Source: Butyrivibrio sp. | GTDB lineage: Bacteria; Bacillota; Clostridia; Lachnospirales; Lachnospiraceae | Length of the DNA stretch: 64,000 nt | Assembly: GCA_023664865.1 (NCBI GenBank) | Contig: JAMPEU010000004.1 | Location: 51,627-115,626 of the forward strand | Direction: 5' to 3' | Part shown: one piece after another, positions 49,947-60,460 of the stretch | Numbering within the stretch: position 1 is the first letter of the stretch | Layout: each line of letters begins with the position of its first letter | Program-made: the position numbers and the translations under genes | Notes under the pieces: model-generated | Seen by the model: only the letters and a program-made list of their open reading frames with translations | Databases searched by the model: none | Told to the model about the DNA's origin: nothing

Positions 49947-49975
49947 TAGTCTTTCCCGAATCTTACATATTATTC
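49947..49975 (-). promoter_or_regulatory. Putative forespore sigmaF promoter
   Basis: Minus strand GAATA-N14-GGAAAGACTA versus GyATA-N15-GGnnAnAhTr; spacer one base short. Confidence 0.4.
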
Positions 49976-50980
49976 AATTTTTGCTAATTCTGTATTAAAA
50001 AAGTATTTTTTTAAAATCTGATCGAAACTTTCACCCGCAGCAGCCCTCTTATTGGCATCATACTGACTCATGCCAAAGCCATGACCCACCCCTTTAACAT
50101 GGAAAACTACCGAATCGTCCAACTGCTGCATTTGAAAACATGCGGAATTAAGCCCCAATTCAGTGCGAAATGTTTCTCCGCTGCATTTATTGCCATGAAT
50201 CCAAACCTCCGTCACATAACCCGCGCTGTCATATATAAATTCCGGCATTTCCCACAATTCTTGTGATTTATTTTCTGTCCCAAACAATTCCCTTATCAAT
50301 AAGCAGTATTCTTCTCTTGGTATAGTTTTCTGCGTCTGAAAATTATCCGCCTGAATATCCTGACTGCACTCTACATTTACCAGATATGGGTATTCATTAT
50401 TTCCAAAGACTTCCCCTGCGTTTCTGCTCTGACCGCCGCTGACCGGAAAAAACGCTGCCTTCGCCGGTTTTCCCCCATATGCCAGAAAGATTCCGTCCGT
50501 CTCGCGTACTGCCTGCTCATATAACGTATTTTCTTCCAATCCCAGTGTTTCATTCCGATGATATAGAGCTGCATCGTCCTGTATTACAGGCGAAGCGCCG
50601 TTATTAACAAAGAGCCGCCACAGTTCTGTCCTAAGAAGCACAGCCTGCGCTTTTAACGCTTCTAATTCGTACTGCATACTTCCATCTTCTAAGCGCGGCA
50701 TGGTAACTTCCAGCTTATAAGTAAGATATTCCCGCATGTTAAGCCGTCTGATTCCCCAACTTTGCGAAAGACTTATTTCATACCGTTCGTCTATTCCAAT
50801 ACTTTCATCCGCCGTATTGTCAATAAACAATTTTGTTTCCTCGCCTATATGCCCCCACAGGCACGAAGCCACATACGGCAGTAAAAAAACAAACAAAAGT
50901 ATGGAGCCGACATCCCGATACGGGCTGTTTCCACGCATACCTTTGTTTGTTCTTTTTTGGACGATTCTAAACATATTCAT
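49970..50980 (-). CDS. spoIID: Stage II sporulation protein D (SpoIID/LytB)
   Basis: EALKAQAVLLRT, YPYLVNV and GVGHGFGMSQY motifs. Confidence 0.85.
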   Translation of the reverse strand: MNMFRIVQKRTNKGMRGNSPYRDVGSILLFVFLLPYVASCLWGHIGEETKLFIDNTADESIGIDERYEISLSQSWGIRRLNMREYLTYKLEVTMPRLEDGSMQYELEALKAQAVLLRTELWRLFVNNGASPVIQDDAALYHRNETLGLEENTLYEQAVRETDGIFLAYGGKPAKAAFFPVSGGQSRNAGEVFGNNEYPYLVNVECSQDIQADNFQTQKTIPREEYCLLIRELFGTENKSQELWEMPEFIYDSAGYVTEVWIHGNKCSGETFRTELGLNSACFQMQQLDDSVVFHVKGVGHGFGMSQYDANKRAAAGESFDQILKKYFFNTELAKIE

Positions 50981-51040
50981 AGCGCACCTCTCTTCATTCT
51001 ATGTAGAAGTGTGCCTATTAATACTTTAAAGATGATTCTA

Positions 51041-52129
51041 TTATTGTGCCAGATCCAAGTGCTGCACGGTTCCGACGTTGCCGTTCTCATACAGGAAGAT
51101 GCCTGTATTCCTGATTACGCCGTTGCTGCGATTATCCGACATAGAATTCAGGGCAAACTCCGTTGCCGAATTCTGTAAGCAGATAGCTCCCACGCCAGCC
51201 TCTTTAAGAGTGTACAGCTTATCCTTGCCGTTCTCATCCTTGGTCCAGATTAGCAATTTCTCCCATACGTCATCGTCTTCGTCAATCCAGCCGTCGCCAT
51301 CGCTGTCATACACAGCCAAATCTCCAAACCCGTTGCCTGATTTGGTTCCGAACAACTCACTCCCATCATTGATGGCACCGTCATTATTCAAATCCAAAGC
51401 CAGAAAACCGCTGCCTGCCTGTAAAGAAGAAATTTCCTCCTCTTCACCGTCACAGTCTAAATCAAAGAAAAACTTCTGATCGGAAAGCTGGGCAATATTT
51501 GCGTTCAAATTAATAACCAGCGGGTCCGTGTAAGTGGTATTCAACGCCTCAAGACCATAGTTTTCCTCATAATACTCCGCGAAGCTCCTGCTCATTTCCA
51601 GATTAAGTCCGAAGTTTATCTCCCTGCCGTCAGCCGTCCTAACAACTCCGTTAGTGCTAAAAGACGTACTCTCCGCCTCGTAGTGGAAAGACTGATTAGA
51701 GATTCCAAAAAATGTTCTGGAAGACAGCCCCTGCGAACTAAAACCCGAAGAACCTGAACCGGCACCCCATATCTCATCTAGCGTTTGCCTGTGGCGGTCT
51801 CCAAACAAAAGATACATAAGAAATTTCATGCAGTGCTGTCTTATGCTCTCTCTTGCCTCTAACTCTTCATGACTTGACGATACCCTGCCTGTATTTGACA
51901 GGCTCCTAAAGTGAAGCGTAATATCGTTTAGAGCGTTCTGCGCGTTATCGCTCTCTTCCGTATTCTCCGCTTCCCCCTCCATTCCCAGAAAGCTTCCCAG
52001 AAATCCATTTCCATTTTCAGCCGCTAAGCTTCCTGTTTTGCCCGTATAATATGAACGGACATTTCTTGCTGTTACAGAAGAATATCTTCTGGCGGATTCC
52101 ATTCCTATACTGCTGGAATCAATTCTCAA
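51041..52129 (-). CDS. Hypothetical protein with C-terminal Ca-binding DxDxDG repeats
   Basis: DPLVINL, FDLDCDG, LDLNNDGAINDGSELFG and YDSDGDGWIDE motifs; true start probably TTG at 52129 after AAGGAGG. Confidence 0.75.
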   Translation of the reverse strand: MRIDSSSIGMESARRYSSVTARNVRSYYTGKTGSLAAENGNGFLGSFLGMEGEAENTEESDNAQNALNDITLHFRSLSNTGRVSSSHEELEARESIRQHCMKFLMYLLFGDRHRQTLDEIWGAGSGSSGFSSQGLSSRTFFGISNQSFHYEAESTSFSTNGVVRTADGREINFGLNLEMSRSFAEYYEENYGLEALNTTYTDPLVINLNANIAQLSDQKFFFDLDCDGEEEEISSLQAGSGFLALDLNNDGAINDGSELFGTKSGNGFGDLAVYDSDGDGWIDEDDDVWEKLLIWTKDENGKDKLYTLKEAGVGAICLQNSATEFALNSMSDNRSNGVIRNTGIFLYENGNVGTVQHLDLAQ

Positions 52130-52161
52130 TAATACCTCCTTTGCTCTACCCAATTTTGCCG

Positions 52162-52285
52162 TCACAAAATAAAAAAATGGCATCTTACTTGGAAATCCTT
52201 TTCCTATAAAACACCATCCGTGGGCAGATATTATTAAATATTCAAGGAATGACCGTCTGGCCAAGAGCAGCCACCCCTTGTGATT
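52162..52285 (-). ncRNA. Candidate structured leader or sRNA downstream of a sigma28 promoter
   Basis: Two G-U-rich hairpins on the minus strand; the second has an AGGA loop and is followed by a U7 tract. Confidence 0.5.
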
Positions 52286-52288
52286 TAT

Positions 52289-52315
52289 ATATCGGCCTTT
52301 TAATTTTTTTCTTTA
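52289..52315 (-). promoter_or_regulatory. Sigma28 (FliA/SigD) promoter
   Basis: Exact consensus TAAA-N15-GCCGATAT on the minus strand. Confidence 0.85.
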
Positions 52316-52351
52316 ATTTTTTTAACAAAATTTTCTATTCAATGTCTGGGG

Positions 52352-52502
52352 GCGGCATGAGTCCATATGCTTCCGTTTAAGGCACGCTCTCGCTCCGTGG
52401 AAAATCGCAGCGGTACTAAGTTCAAAAGCCAAAAAACGGCTTTTTCACTAAGTACCGGCGTTTTCCAAGGACCCTAAGCGGAAGCATATGAACTCATGCC
52501 GC
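52352..52502 (-). repeat. Structured repeat family B, copy 4
   Basis: 28-bp arms with 2 mismatches (GCGGCATGAGTCCATATGCTTCCGTTTA); core is the reverse complement of that in copies 2 and 3. Confidence 0.88.
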
Positions 52503-52508
52503 ATTCAA

Positions 52509-54803
52509 CTATACTCTGTTATAGTTAATCAGGCATCCCTTCATAATAATCTGGCGTTCTTCGTCTGTCAGCTCCCCTAATTTCAGTTCAAAAGGCTTCA
52601 GCAAGCCGTTTTCCACTGATACCGTGTATGCAGTAATTATTTCCCATTTTTCCTCTACCGCTTTTCTTATATCAGGAATGAAAAGGTAGTCCAGGTTCTT
52701 AAACGGAAGTTCGCCCTCTTTAATAATGAAAGGAAGCATACCCCAGTTAATCAGGTTGGAGCGATATCTCTTCGTCGCATATTCGTTCGCAATATTCGCC
52801 CAGCCGCCAAGTACCTTCTGACAGCTTGCCGCCTGTTCCCTTGCCGAACCGTCGCCCGGTTTGACTGCAAAAATCGTAGAGCCGAAACCTGTATTCACAT
52901 GTGAAGCGTTGGCAAAACTCTTCTTAACTACGCTCATCACAGGTTTTACGTCAGGGTGGGCGCCGCAGGGATGCTCCCCTGCCATTCTCGCCTTCTCCGC
53001 TTTCTGAATATCCTTAGCGCGTCCTACGTACTCAGGATCTTTTCTTGAAAGCGTGAACTCTGCAAGTCCCAGCGGATTAGAACGGTAGGACGATGTTTCA
53101 CCGGAAGGAATCAGCTCATCCGTGGTCGTAACAGGATCGTGTATCTCAGATACCACCCTAAGCACCAGATTCTCAGGTAATTCACCCATAGCAGGCCAGT
53201 CTTTAATATTAGGTCCAAACTGAATCTCAACGCTCTCATCTGCCACGCCGTGGGAATCAAAAACACGGTTCGCATAGATGTTAGCGTCAAAGTGATATTT
53301 ATATTTACCGATTTCTCCATCAAACTCAGTCGCCGGAGTCAATACGCCCTTGTTTGCAGCCGTAGCCGCAATCGAACGCGCATCCATAAGAGCCACGGAG
53401 GAAATCTGACCGTTTTGCAGCTTAGAGCCTTCTCTGTTCGGGAAGTTTCTTGTAGAGTGACGGATGCTGAAAGCATTATTTGCCGGAGTGTCTCCCGCTC
53501 CGAAGCACGGTCCGCAGAATGCAGTTTTCATAACTGCGCCTGTCTCCAATATTGCCGCTGCACAGCCGTTTTTGATAAGCTCCATATAAACAGGCATGGA
53601 AGCCGGATATACGCTGAGTGTAAAGCCGTCAGAGCCAATGTATGAACCTTTCAGTATATCGGCTGCCGCGCAGATATTTTCAAATCCGCCGCCTGCGCAG
53701 CCTGCAATTATCCCTTGATCCACAAGGAACTTGCCATTCACTACTTTTTCTTTAAGCGAATACGGTACTGCTCCGTCCAGACTTACTTTTGCCCTTTCCT
53801 CAACGTCATGAAGAATATCGGACAAGTTGGCGTTGACCTCTTCTATTGTGTATGTATTGCTGGGGTGGAACGGCATAGCTATCATCGGTTTTATTTCCGA
53901 TAAATCCACTTCAATCATGCCGTCATAATATGTTATCTCACCCGGATTTAGTTCGCTGTAATCTTCACTTCTTCCGTGAATATCATAAAATTCCTTAATC
54001 TTATCGTCAGTCGCCCAGATTGACGATAAACAGGTCGTCTCCGTTGTCATGACGTCAATGCCGATGCGGAAGTCTGCGCTTAAATTCTGCACTCCGGGAC
54101 CTACAAATTCCATAACCTTATTTTTGACATACCCATTGGCAAATACCGCGCCGATAATCGCAAGCGCCACGTCCTGCGGTCCTACGCCTTTTACAGGTTC
54201 ACCTTTTAAATAAACTCCGACTACCTCAGGCATATTGATATCATATGTCTGCGAAAGGAGCTGCTTAACGAGTTCAGGTCCGCCCTCGCCTACAGCCATA
54301 GTGCCAAGTGCGCCATACCTGGTGTGGGAATCGGAACCAAGAATCATTTTGCCGCCGCCCGCAAGCATCTCTCTGGCAAACTGATGAATGACAGCCTGAT
54401 GTGGCGGCACATACACGCCGCCGTATCTTTTGGCGCAGGTAAGCCCAAACATGTGATCGTCCTCATTAATCGTACCGCCTACCGCGCAAAGGGAATTGTG
54501 GCAGTTAGTAAGGACATACGGAATAGGAAATTTGGTAAGTCCCGACGCCCTTGCCGTCTGAATGATGCCGACAAAAGTAATGTCGTGCGAAGTCAGCTTA
54601 TCAAACTTGATTTTCAATTTCTCCATGTTTCCCGATGTATTATGCGCCTTAAGAATCCCATATGAAATTGTGTTCTGCGCCGCTTCCTGTTTACTAACAT
54701 CTTTCCCGGTTCTGCTTTTTACCTTAACGACCGCCTCTGCATCGTCCGGTATAATTTCCGTACCATTTATAAGATACGCTCCGCCTTTTAATAAATTAAT
54801 CAT
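52509..54803 (-). CDS. Aconitase-family hydratase
   Basis: SHDIT, GSDSHTR, GCAGG and CGPCFG Fe-S cysteines, [15 protein letters not shown] and GDGSAREQA motifs. Confidence 0.9.
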   Translation of the reverse strand: MINLLKGGAYLINGTEIIPDDAEAVVKVKSRTGKDVSKQEAAQNTISYGILKAHNTSGNMEKLKIKFDKLTSHDITFVGIIQTARASGLTKFPIPYVLTNCHNSLCAVGGTINEDDHMFGLTCAKRYGGVYVPPHQAVIHQFAREMLAGGGKMILGSDSHTRYGALGTMAVGEGGPELVKQLLSQTYDINMPEVVGVYLKGEPVKGVGPQDVALAIIGAVFANGYVKNKVMEFVGPGVQNLSADFRIGIDVMTTETTCLSSIWATDDKIKEFYDIHGRSEDYSELNPGEITYYDGMIEVDLSEIKPMIAMPFHPSNTYTIEEVNANLSDILHDVEERAKVSLDGAVPYSLKEKVVNGKFLVDQGIIAGCAGGGFENICAAADILKGSYIGSDGFTLSVYPASMPVYMELIKNGCAAAILETGAVMKTAFCGPCFGAGDTPANNAFSIRHSTRNFPNREGSKLQNGQISSVALMDARSIAATAANKGVLTPATEFDGEIGKYKYHFDANIYANRVFDSHGVADESVEIQFGPNIKDWPAMGELPENLVLRVVSEIHDPVTTTDELIPSGETSSYRSNPLGLAEFTLSRKDPEYVGRAKDIQKAEKARMAGEHPCGAHPDVKPVMSVVKKSFANASHVNTGFGSTIFAVKPGDGSAREQAASCQKVLGGWANIANEYATKRYRSNLINWGMLPFIIKEGELPFKNLDYLFIPDIRKAVEEKWEIITAYTVSVENGLLKPFELKLGELTDEERQIIMKGCLINYNRV

Positions 54804-54888
54804 GTCAATCCTCCCATTAAGTTATTTTTAAATTTCTAATATATTATTACTATCCTCAGTTCATGCCGCATTTAAGCATATACAGCAG

Positions 54889-55323
54889 CTATTTATTTTT
54901 TGATTCCTTAAAAATCCAAATCTTACTTAAAATATAATTTGCTATGATAACGACAGCCTGCGCTATAAGCTTGGCGATTTTAGAATTAATATGCGCAACG
55001 TCTACCATAAGATACATTAGCGCAAGCTCCAATAACTCTGTGGCAATCCGCGCCCCGATAAAGGAACAGAACTCCTTAAAAATATCTGTCTTCCCCATAT
55101 TTTTACTTTTGAATACAAATGTACGGTTTGTCCAGTATGCAAACACCACAGTCAGCAGCCACGAAAGCGCCGTTGCAATCATATAGCCTATGTGCAACCA
55201 TGTTTCAAATACATAGAACAGAATATAATTCAGCACAAAGGCAAGAAAACCAAAAATCAGGTAATTCATGCCCTCCTCATGTTCTTTATACATACCCCAC
55301 GCATACTTGAATATTTTTTTCAT
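54889..55323 (-). CDS. GtrA family flippase-like protein
   Basis: Four TM segments; YLIFG, AYWTNRTFVF and NYILSKIWIF motifs. Confidence 0.9.
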   Translation of the reverse strand: MKKIFKYAWGMYKEHEEGMNYLIFGFLAFVLNYILFYVFETWLHIGYMIATALSWLLTVVFAYWTNRTFVFKSKNMGKTDIFKEFCSFIGARIATELLELALMYLMVDVAHINSKIAKLIAQAVVIIANYILSKIWIFKESKNK

Positions 55324-55372
55324 CTGCCAAACGCCTTTCTATACTTATATATTTTCGCTTATATCTTTCCGT

Positions 55373-57124
55373 TTATCTTTCTCTTCGCACTTTTCCGCCT
55401 TCCACACGGTATACTATATCACATTTTTCAATCGTCTGTAACCTGTGTGCAATAATAATCAGTGTCTTACGTCCATGCAGTCTGTTAATGGATTCCATTA
55501 TAGCAGCCTCCGTATCATTATCCAATGCCGAAGTAGCCTCATCAAGTATCAATACTTCCGGATCTTCAAACAACGCCCTTGCAATGCTGATGCGCTGTCT
55601 CTGTCCGCCGGAAATACGGATTCCTCTTTCGCCTATACATGTATCAAGGCCTTCGGGAAGCCCCCTTACAAATTCATCCAACTGCGCCTCTTTAAGCGCT
55701 TCCCAGACCTTATCATCATCGATATCCTCATCTGCATACCCAAACGCCACATTATTACGGATTGTAGAATCAATCATAAAAATCATCTGCGGAATATACC
55801 CGATATTTTTAAGCCACTCCTGATAATGTTCCATTACGTCCATGCCATCCGCCAGAATCTCTCCGTTTTGCAGCCTGAGCAGCCCCAAAAGGATATCCAC
55901 CACAGTTGTCTTGCCCGAACCGGTAGTTCCTACGATGCCGATGCTCTTGCCGATGGGTATCTCCATGTCCGCATTGTCAAAAATCAACGTCTCGGTATTC
56001 GGATACTTATATGTTATATTCTTTAATTCTATCTTATCCTTTATTTCCAGTTTATTAACTTCAATTTTCTTACTGTAAGTCTCCGCATTGTAATCAACAT
56101 TTTCATCTCTTATTTCTTCCTGCAGATTATCGCTGACGCCCATAAAGAAAGGTTCAAAATAAGCGATTGAAGTCAAGTGATTATTTATTCTGTTAGCGCA
56201 CGGAATAAGTCTGGTAGCCACTACGGCAAGCAAACCTATCTGCGGGATTATTTCCAATACCCCCACTCCTCTTATAAGCTGCAGCATCATATACAGAATC
56301 ATGCCGGTCATTGCCACGGTTTCAATCAGTAATCTGGGAGTGGCGTTATACAGGTTGTACCTCTGCACTGCGCTCACATACCCATTACCGCATTTGGCAT
56401 ATTCGTTTATAAAATAGTTCTCTTTTCCTGCAATCTTTATTTCTTTAATTCCCATGACAGACTGCTCAATCCACTTGAAAAGCCCGCTGTAATATTCCTG
56501 ATTTTCTTCGCCCGCCCGACGCATTATAGGTTTTAAAATACATTTTATTATAAGCAGAACAACAATTAGCAGCGAGGAAACTGTAATAGTCATCCATACG
56601 TCTTTCAAGATGCTTACCGTCACAAGGCAGACAAATACGATGCTCTCGCTGACAAGCTGCAGCAGCGATAAGATAAGCCCATACATATTGTTGACGTCCG
56701 AAGTGATATTCCTCTGTATAACAGCCGTATCCGCATTAAGATAGTATTCATAAGGCCGCTGCATGAAGTTAATCATCATTCTTCTGGAAGTTGCAAACTG
56801 ATTGGTATATACAAATTTCAACTGTACTTTCTGTTGAAAAAATAAATAGATATTTTTCACAGCAAATATAACAACCATTGCCGTCATAATAAATATTGTC
56901 AGCGAACGTTCATCATTAATTGAGAAAATGCGGCTGATAACCTGCAGATATTTATGTTTCTCTACCGCATTCTCTTCTAAGACTACATTCATGACAGGTA
57001 TAATCATAGCCACGCCCAAAGTCTCCAATGCAGCGCCTATCAGCATTATTATAACTAACAGCGCCATTTTCCTTTTCTGCTTCCTGTCCAGTAGAACCAT
57101 CAATTTTTTATATATTTTCTTCAT
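55373..57124 (-). CDS. ABC transporter permease/ATPase fusion (PglK-like glycan flippase)
   Basis: N-terminal TMD; GTTGSGKT, ISGGQRQR and LDEATSALD motifs; glycan locus context. Confidence 0.85.
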   Translation of the reverse strand: MKKIYKKLMVLLDRKQKRKMALLVIIMLIGAALETLGVAMIIPVMNVVLEENAVEKHKYLQVISRIFSINDERSLTIFIMTAMVVIFAVKNIYLFFQQKVQLKFVYTNQFATSRRMMINFMQRPYEYYLNADTAVIQRNITSDVNNMYGLILSLLQLVSESIVFVCLVTVSILKDVWMTITVSSLLIVVLLIIKCILKPIMRRAGEENQEYYSGLFKWIEQSVMGIKEIKIAGKENYFINEYAKCGNGYVSAVQRYNLYNATPRLLIETVAMTGMILYMMLQLIRGVGVLEIIPQIGLLAVVATRLIPCANRINNHLTSIAYFEPFFMGVSDNLQEEIRDENVDYNAETYSKKIEVNKLEIKDKIELKNITYKYPNTETLIFDNADMEIPIGKSIGIVGTTGSGKTTVVDILLGLLRLQNGEILADGMDVMEHYQEWLKNIGYIPQMIFMIDSTIRNNVAFGYADEDIDDDKVWEALKEAQLDEFVRGLPEGLDTCIGERGIRISGGQRQRISIARALFEDPEVLILDEATSALDNDTEAAIMESINRLHGRKTLIIIAHRLQTIEKCDIVYRVEGGKVRRER

Positions 57125-57164
57125 TTTGCATTTTAACCTTTAATTTAAATATTTTCGTATTTTA

Positions 57165-58238
57165 TCACATATATTCATTCTGCCGATGTATCTCCGGAGC
57201 TTCGTACTTATCCATAAAGTCTTCTCCAAGATACACAATTTCATCGGCAAACCGAATCATATCCGGAACAGTAAACACAGATATCACTTTCTTAAAACGG
57301 ACATTCGGAAGAAAATTCAAAATCTCCATAGGGAACTTGCCTTCAAGCACGATATGTTCCGGAAACTCTTTTACATAATCAACCAAATCCCTCGGATGCG
57401 GCTTAATCAGCACTTGATATTTCTTTCCGTTTTCTTCCCCATAATCTTTTATTATATCTGCAAAAATACGCTTTCTAACTTCCAAATCACAAAGCGGCTC
57501 TGTCAAAACCAATATTTTATCCGCACTGCTGCTGTTAAGTTTCTGCCTGAGTTCTTCCATATTGGCAATAAACAAGTTGATAAGCAGTCCCTTATCTTCT
57601 TCCGATAAATGTTCTTCAAGTTCAGCAATCGACTGCTCAATATATTTATTATGCGGGAAACGCAGCTTGCTTATATCATTGACTTCCATATCCATACAAT
57701 ATTTTGCATAACCGTTGCGTATAAAAATCAGGTTGTGTGCCGCAAACCATGCTTTTATTTCAAAATGCCCCCTGTTATCATATCTTGCCTCATCACAATA
57801 CTGCGTACTATTAGGTCCGTCATCAAGCGCATGGTAATAGATTTTCTTATAACTCAAATAATATCCTATCGGATCTGCGTCGCAGAATACATATATGTCA
57901 TCGTACTGTTTAAAGTCCACAGGCATATAGGGTTCCTGAAGTTTCCCGAACTTCTTCGTAAATATAATGCGCGCAGCCATGTTTATCAAAAGATTTCCCC
58001 TGTCTTTGCGGTATTTCTCAAGCTGCGGAAAAAAACTATCCCGCTTTTCATCCAACCAATAAACTTTCGCAAACAGCCCGCACTTCCGCGCCCTCTCGTC
58101 CATATCCCCAAAATCGCTTGACAATCTGCTGAGTATCAGCTCAGCTTGTCCCTGTTCTTCTTTAGGTAAAAACAATTCCTTTAGGCATGTCATATATAAA
58201 TGATAATAAGTATGGCATACATATATTCTTTTTCTCAT
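57165..58238 (-). CDS. Sialyltransferase-like (GT52-type) glycosyltransferase
   Basis: N-terminal TYYHL, DDG and KPHPRD motifs typical of bacterial nonulosonate transferases. Confidence 0.7.
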   Translation of the reverse strand: MRKRIYVCHTYYHLYMTCLKELFLPKEEQGQAELILSRLSSDFGDMDERARKCGLFAKVYWLDEKRDSFFPQLEKYRKDRGNLLINMAARIIFTKKFGKLQEPYMPVDFKQYDDIYVFCDADPIGYYLSYKKIYYHALDDGPNSTQYCDEARYDNRGHFEIKAWFAAHNLIFIRNGYAKYCMDMEVNDISKLRFPHNKYIEQSIAELEEHLSEEDKGLLINLFIANMEELRQKLNSSSADKILVLTEPLCDLEVRKRIFADIIKDYGEENGKKYQVLIKPHPRDLVDYVKEFPEHIVLEGKFPMEILNFLPNVRFKKVISVFTVPDMIRFADEIVYLGEDFMDKYEAPEIHRQNEYM

Positions 58239-58374
58239 GTCAAATATTGTTCCTTTCATCAACTACTACTTTTATATATTACCACTTTATCCAAATACAT
58301 AAAAGTATTATAGCATAAACCGCATTTTTTTTGTATAATAAGTATCAGTAATAGGGATAGGAGTAAAACAGCAA

Positions 58375-60435
58375 ATGAACAAAAAGAAGTGGATGCCCTT
58401 TATTTGGCTGGTTGCAGCGGCACTCGCAGTAGAATTGATAATCTGTAATTTTTCTGCGGTAAAAAGTCTGTTCTATAGAGAACGTCTTGCTTTCCAGAAT
58501 ATTATTGTGGAAGGCGGCATTGAGACAAAGGAAGACTCCGGAGAATATATTGTGCCGAATGGCTTGCTCACGCTGCATATTTCAGACGTGGACAAGAAAA
58601 TACACAATCTGTTCTTTGACATGGATTTCCCTGAAAATACTGTTATCCCTTATATTGTCATGCTTACCGATGGGGCAAATTACTATCCGTTTCTTCTTCC
58701 GGAACAAGTCATCATGCCCGGAATCAGAAAAAGCCTTTATGCGAATGTCTATACAGCAGGAAACACTGGAAGTATAGATGTGCAGTTCACGCTTCCGGAA
58801 AACAGCACGGTAGCAATAAACGGAGTCTACGCTAACGTCCACATTCCGTTTATGTTAAATCCTGTCAGGTTTCTGTTCTTTGTGGGAGTCCTGTTCTTAT
58901 TTTACTATGCTTTATCCTGCCAAAAATCAGACGTTTTCGCCCTTAGTCCTGAAAACGTTTTGTCTTCTCCGTGGAGCTGTGTGTGCCAAAACAAGAAACA
59001 ATTTCTTATTACTATAATAACAATTCTCCTTCTTATAGGAATGGCGTGGAAATTAGCCAATATAAATCCAATGTTTACTGAGCCGAAGTGGCCGCATCAT
59101 AGGCAGTATCAAGAACTTGCCGAAGCCATATCTCAGGGACATTTTTATCTGGAGACGGAACCTTCAGAGGGGCTTATAAATGCCCCCAACCCCTACGACA
59201 CTATTTATCTTCAGGCAAATGGCATCGACTATCTTGCGGATTATGCTTATTATGACGGAAGGTACTATGTATATTTTGGAATTGTCCCCGAACTGCTACT
59301 GTATCTGCCCTGTTACCTTATAACCGGAAACCATATGCCTAACCATTTATCCGTCTTTTTCTTCTATTGCGGATTTATTTTGACAGTCTTTGCGCTTTAC
59401 CGGGAAATATGCAGAAGATGGTTCCCTCACACGCCGTTTATCGTATATCTTCTGTCCGGCATCATCACTACATGCAGCGGAAATTATCTATTCATTATCG
59501 CGCGGCCTGATTTATACAACGTGCCTATCATGGCAGCAAACATGTTTACAGTTGCCGGTCTGTGGTTATGGATAAAGGGAAAATATGCTGAATCTCCAAA
59601 AGTTAAAAAGGCAAGTTTTCTCTGCGGTTCTTTGTGCATGGCATTAGTAGCCGGCTGCCGTCCGCAAATGCTCCTGTTTTCTGCTTTGGCAATCCCTCTT
59701 TTCTGGGAAGAAGTAATTAAAAAAAGGGAATTGTTCAGTCGGAAAAACTTATGGGATACCGTGTGCCTCTGTGTGCCGTATATAATCGTCGCAGTGGGAA
59801 TCATGTACTATAATGCTGCAAGATTCGGTTCTGTATTTGACTTCGGCGCAACATACAGCCTTACAAGCAACGATATGACTAAGCGGGAATTTAATCTGCA
59901 TCAGGCTCTATTAGGCTTGTGGCATTATTTTTTCAGGCCGCCCGTAGTCGAAAGCGACTTCCCTTTTCTACAGGGAATCCAGATAGTTTCAGACTCCTAT
60001 ATGGGCAGGCTTAATGCTGAATTTACTTATGGCGGATTATTAGTTTCCAATGCTTTCTTATGGATACTGCCCTTAATCGGCAGTAAAAAAGAGATACTTA
60101 AAAACAAAAAAGTTTATGCCTTTTCACTATTGAATATTGGCATTTCCTTTGCCTTATGTATATTAGATGTAACATACGCCGGAATTTTACAAAGATATAT
60201 GGCAGATATGATATGGGGAATATGGCTTGCCGCCGTACTCCTCTGGTTTGCTTGGGCTGAAAAGGCAAAAAGCGGCAAAACATTAACAACCGTCGTACTC
60301 TGTCTGACGGCAGTATGCCTTATTCAGACTGTTTACGCTTTCGGAATAGTATTAGGAAACGGAGACTTGGGCGCAAATATACAACTCGCGAATCCAAATC
60401 TCTATTACTACCTAAAAGAGCTGTGTACGTTCTAA
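58375..60435 (+). CDS. Large polytopic membrane protein, probable GT-C-type glycosyltransferase
   Basis: About 13 TM segments; DYAYYDGRYYVYFG, GCRPQ, YNAARFGSVFDFG and RYMAD motifs. Confidence 0.6.
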   Translation: MNKKKWMPFIWLVAAALAVELIICNFSAVKSLFYRERLAFQNIIVEGGIETKEDSGEYIVPNGLLTLHISDVDKKIHNLFFDMDFPENTVIPYIVMLTDGANYYPFLLPEQVIMPGIRKSLYANVYTAGNTGSIDVQFTLPENSTVAINGVYANVHIPFMLNPVRFLFFVGVLFLFYYALSCQKSDVFALSPENVLSSPWSCVCQNKKQFLITIITILLLIGMAWKLANINPMFTEPKWPHHRQYQELAEAISQGHFYLETEPSEGLINAPNPYDTIYLQANGIDYLADYAYYDGRYYVYFGIVPELLLYLPCYLITGNHMPNHLSVFFFYCGFILTVFALYREICRRWFPHTPFIVYLLSGIITTCSGNYLFIIARPDLYNVPIMAANMFTVAGLWLWIKGKYAESPKVKKASFLCGSLCMALVAGCRPQMLLFSALAIPLFWEEVIKKRELFSRKNLWDTVCLCVPYIIVAVGIMYYNAARFGSVFDFGATYSLTSNDMTKREFNLHQALLGLWHYFFRPPVVESDFPFLQGIQIVSDSYMGRLNAEFTYGGLLVSNAFLWILPLIGSKKEILKNKKVYAFSLLNIGISFALCILDVTYAGILQRYMADMIWGIWLAAVLLWFAWAEKAKSGKTLTTVVLCLTAVCLIQTVYAFGIVLGNGDLGANIQLANPNLYYYLKELCTF

Positions 60436-60460
60436 TCAAATGCTTGATGCCCGATTTCCG

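Noticed and set aside
52162-52285. c-di-GMP riboswitch
   Set aside because: The GEMM-type GGCAAAC/GAAA/GACGCAAAG arrangement is not present; kept only as an unclassified leader.
20418-52502. Repeat families considered as a CRISPR array or integron attC cassettes
   Set aside because: Copies are dispersed, in both orientations and beside core genes. There is no repeat-spacer periodicity, no cas gene and no IntI-type integrase.
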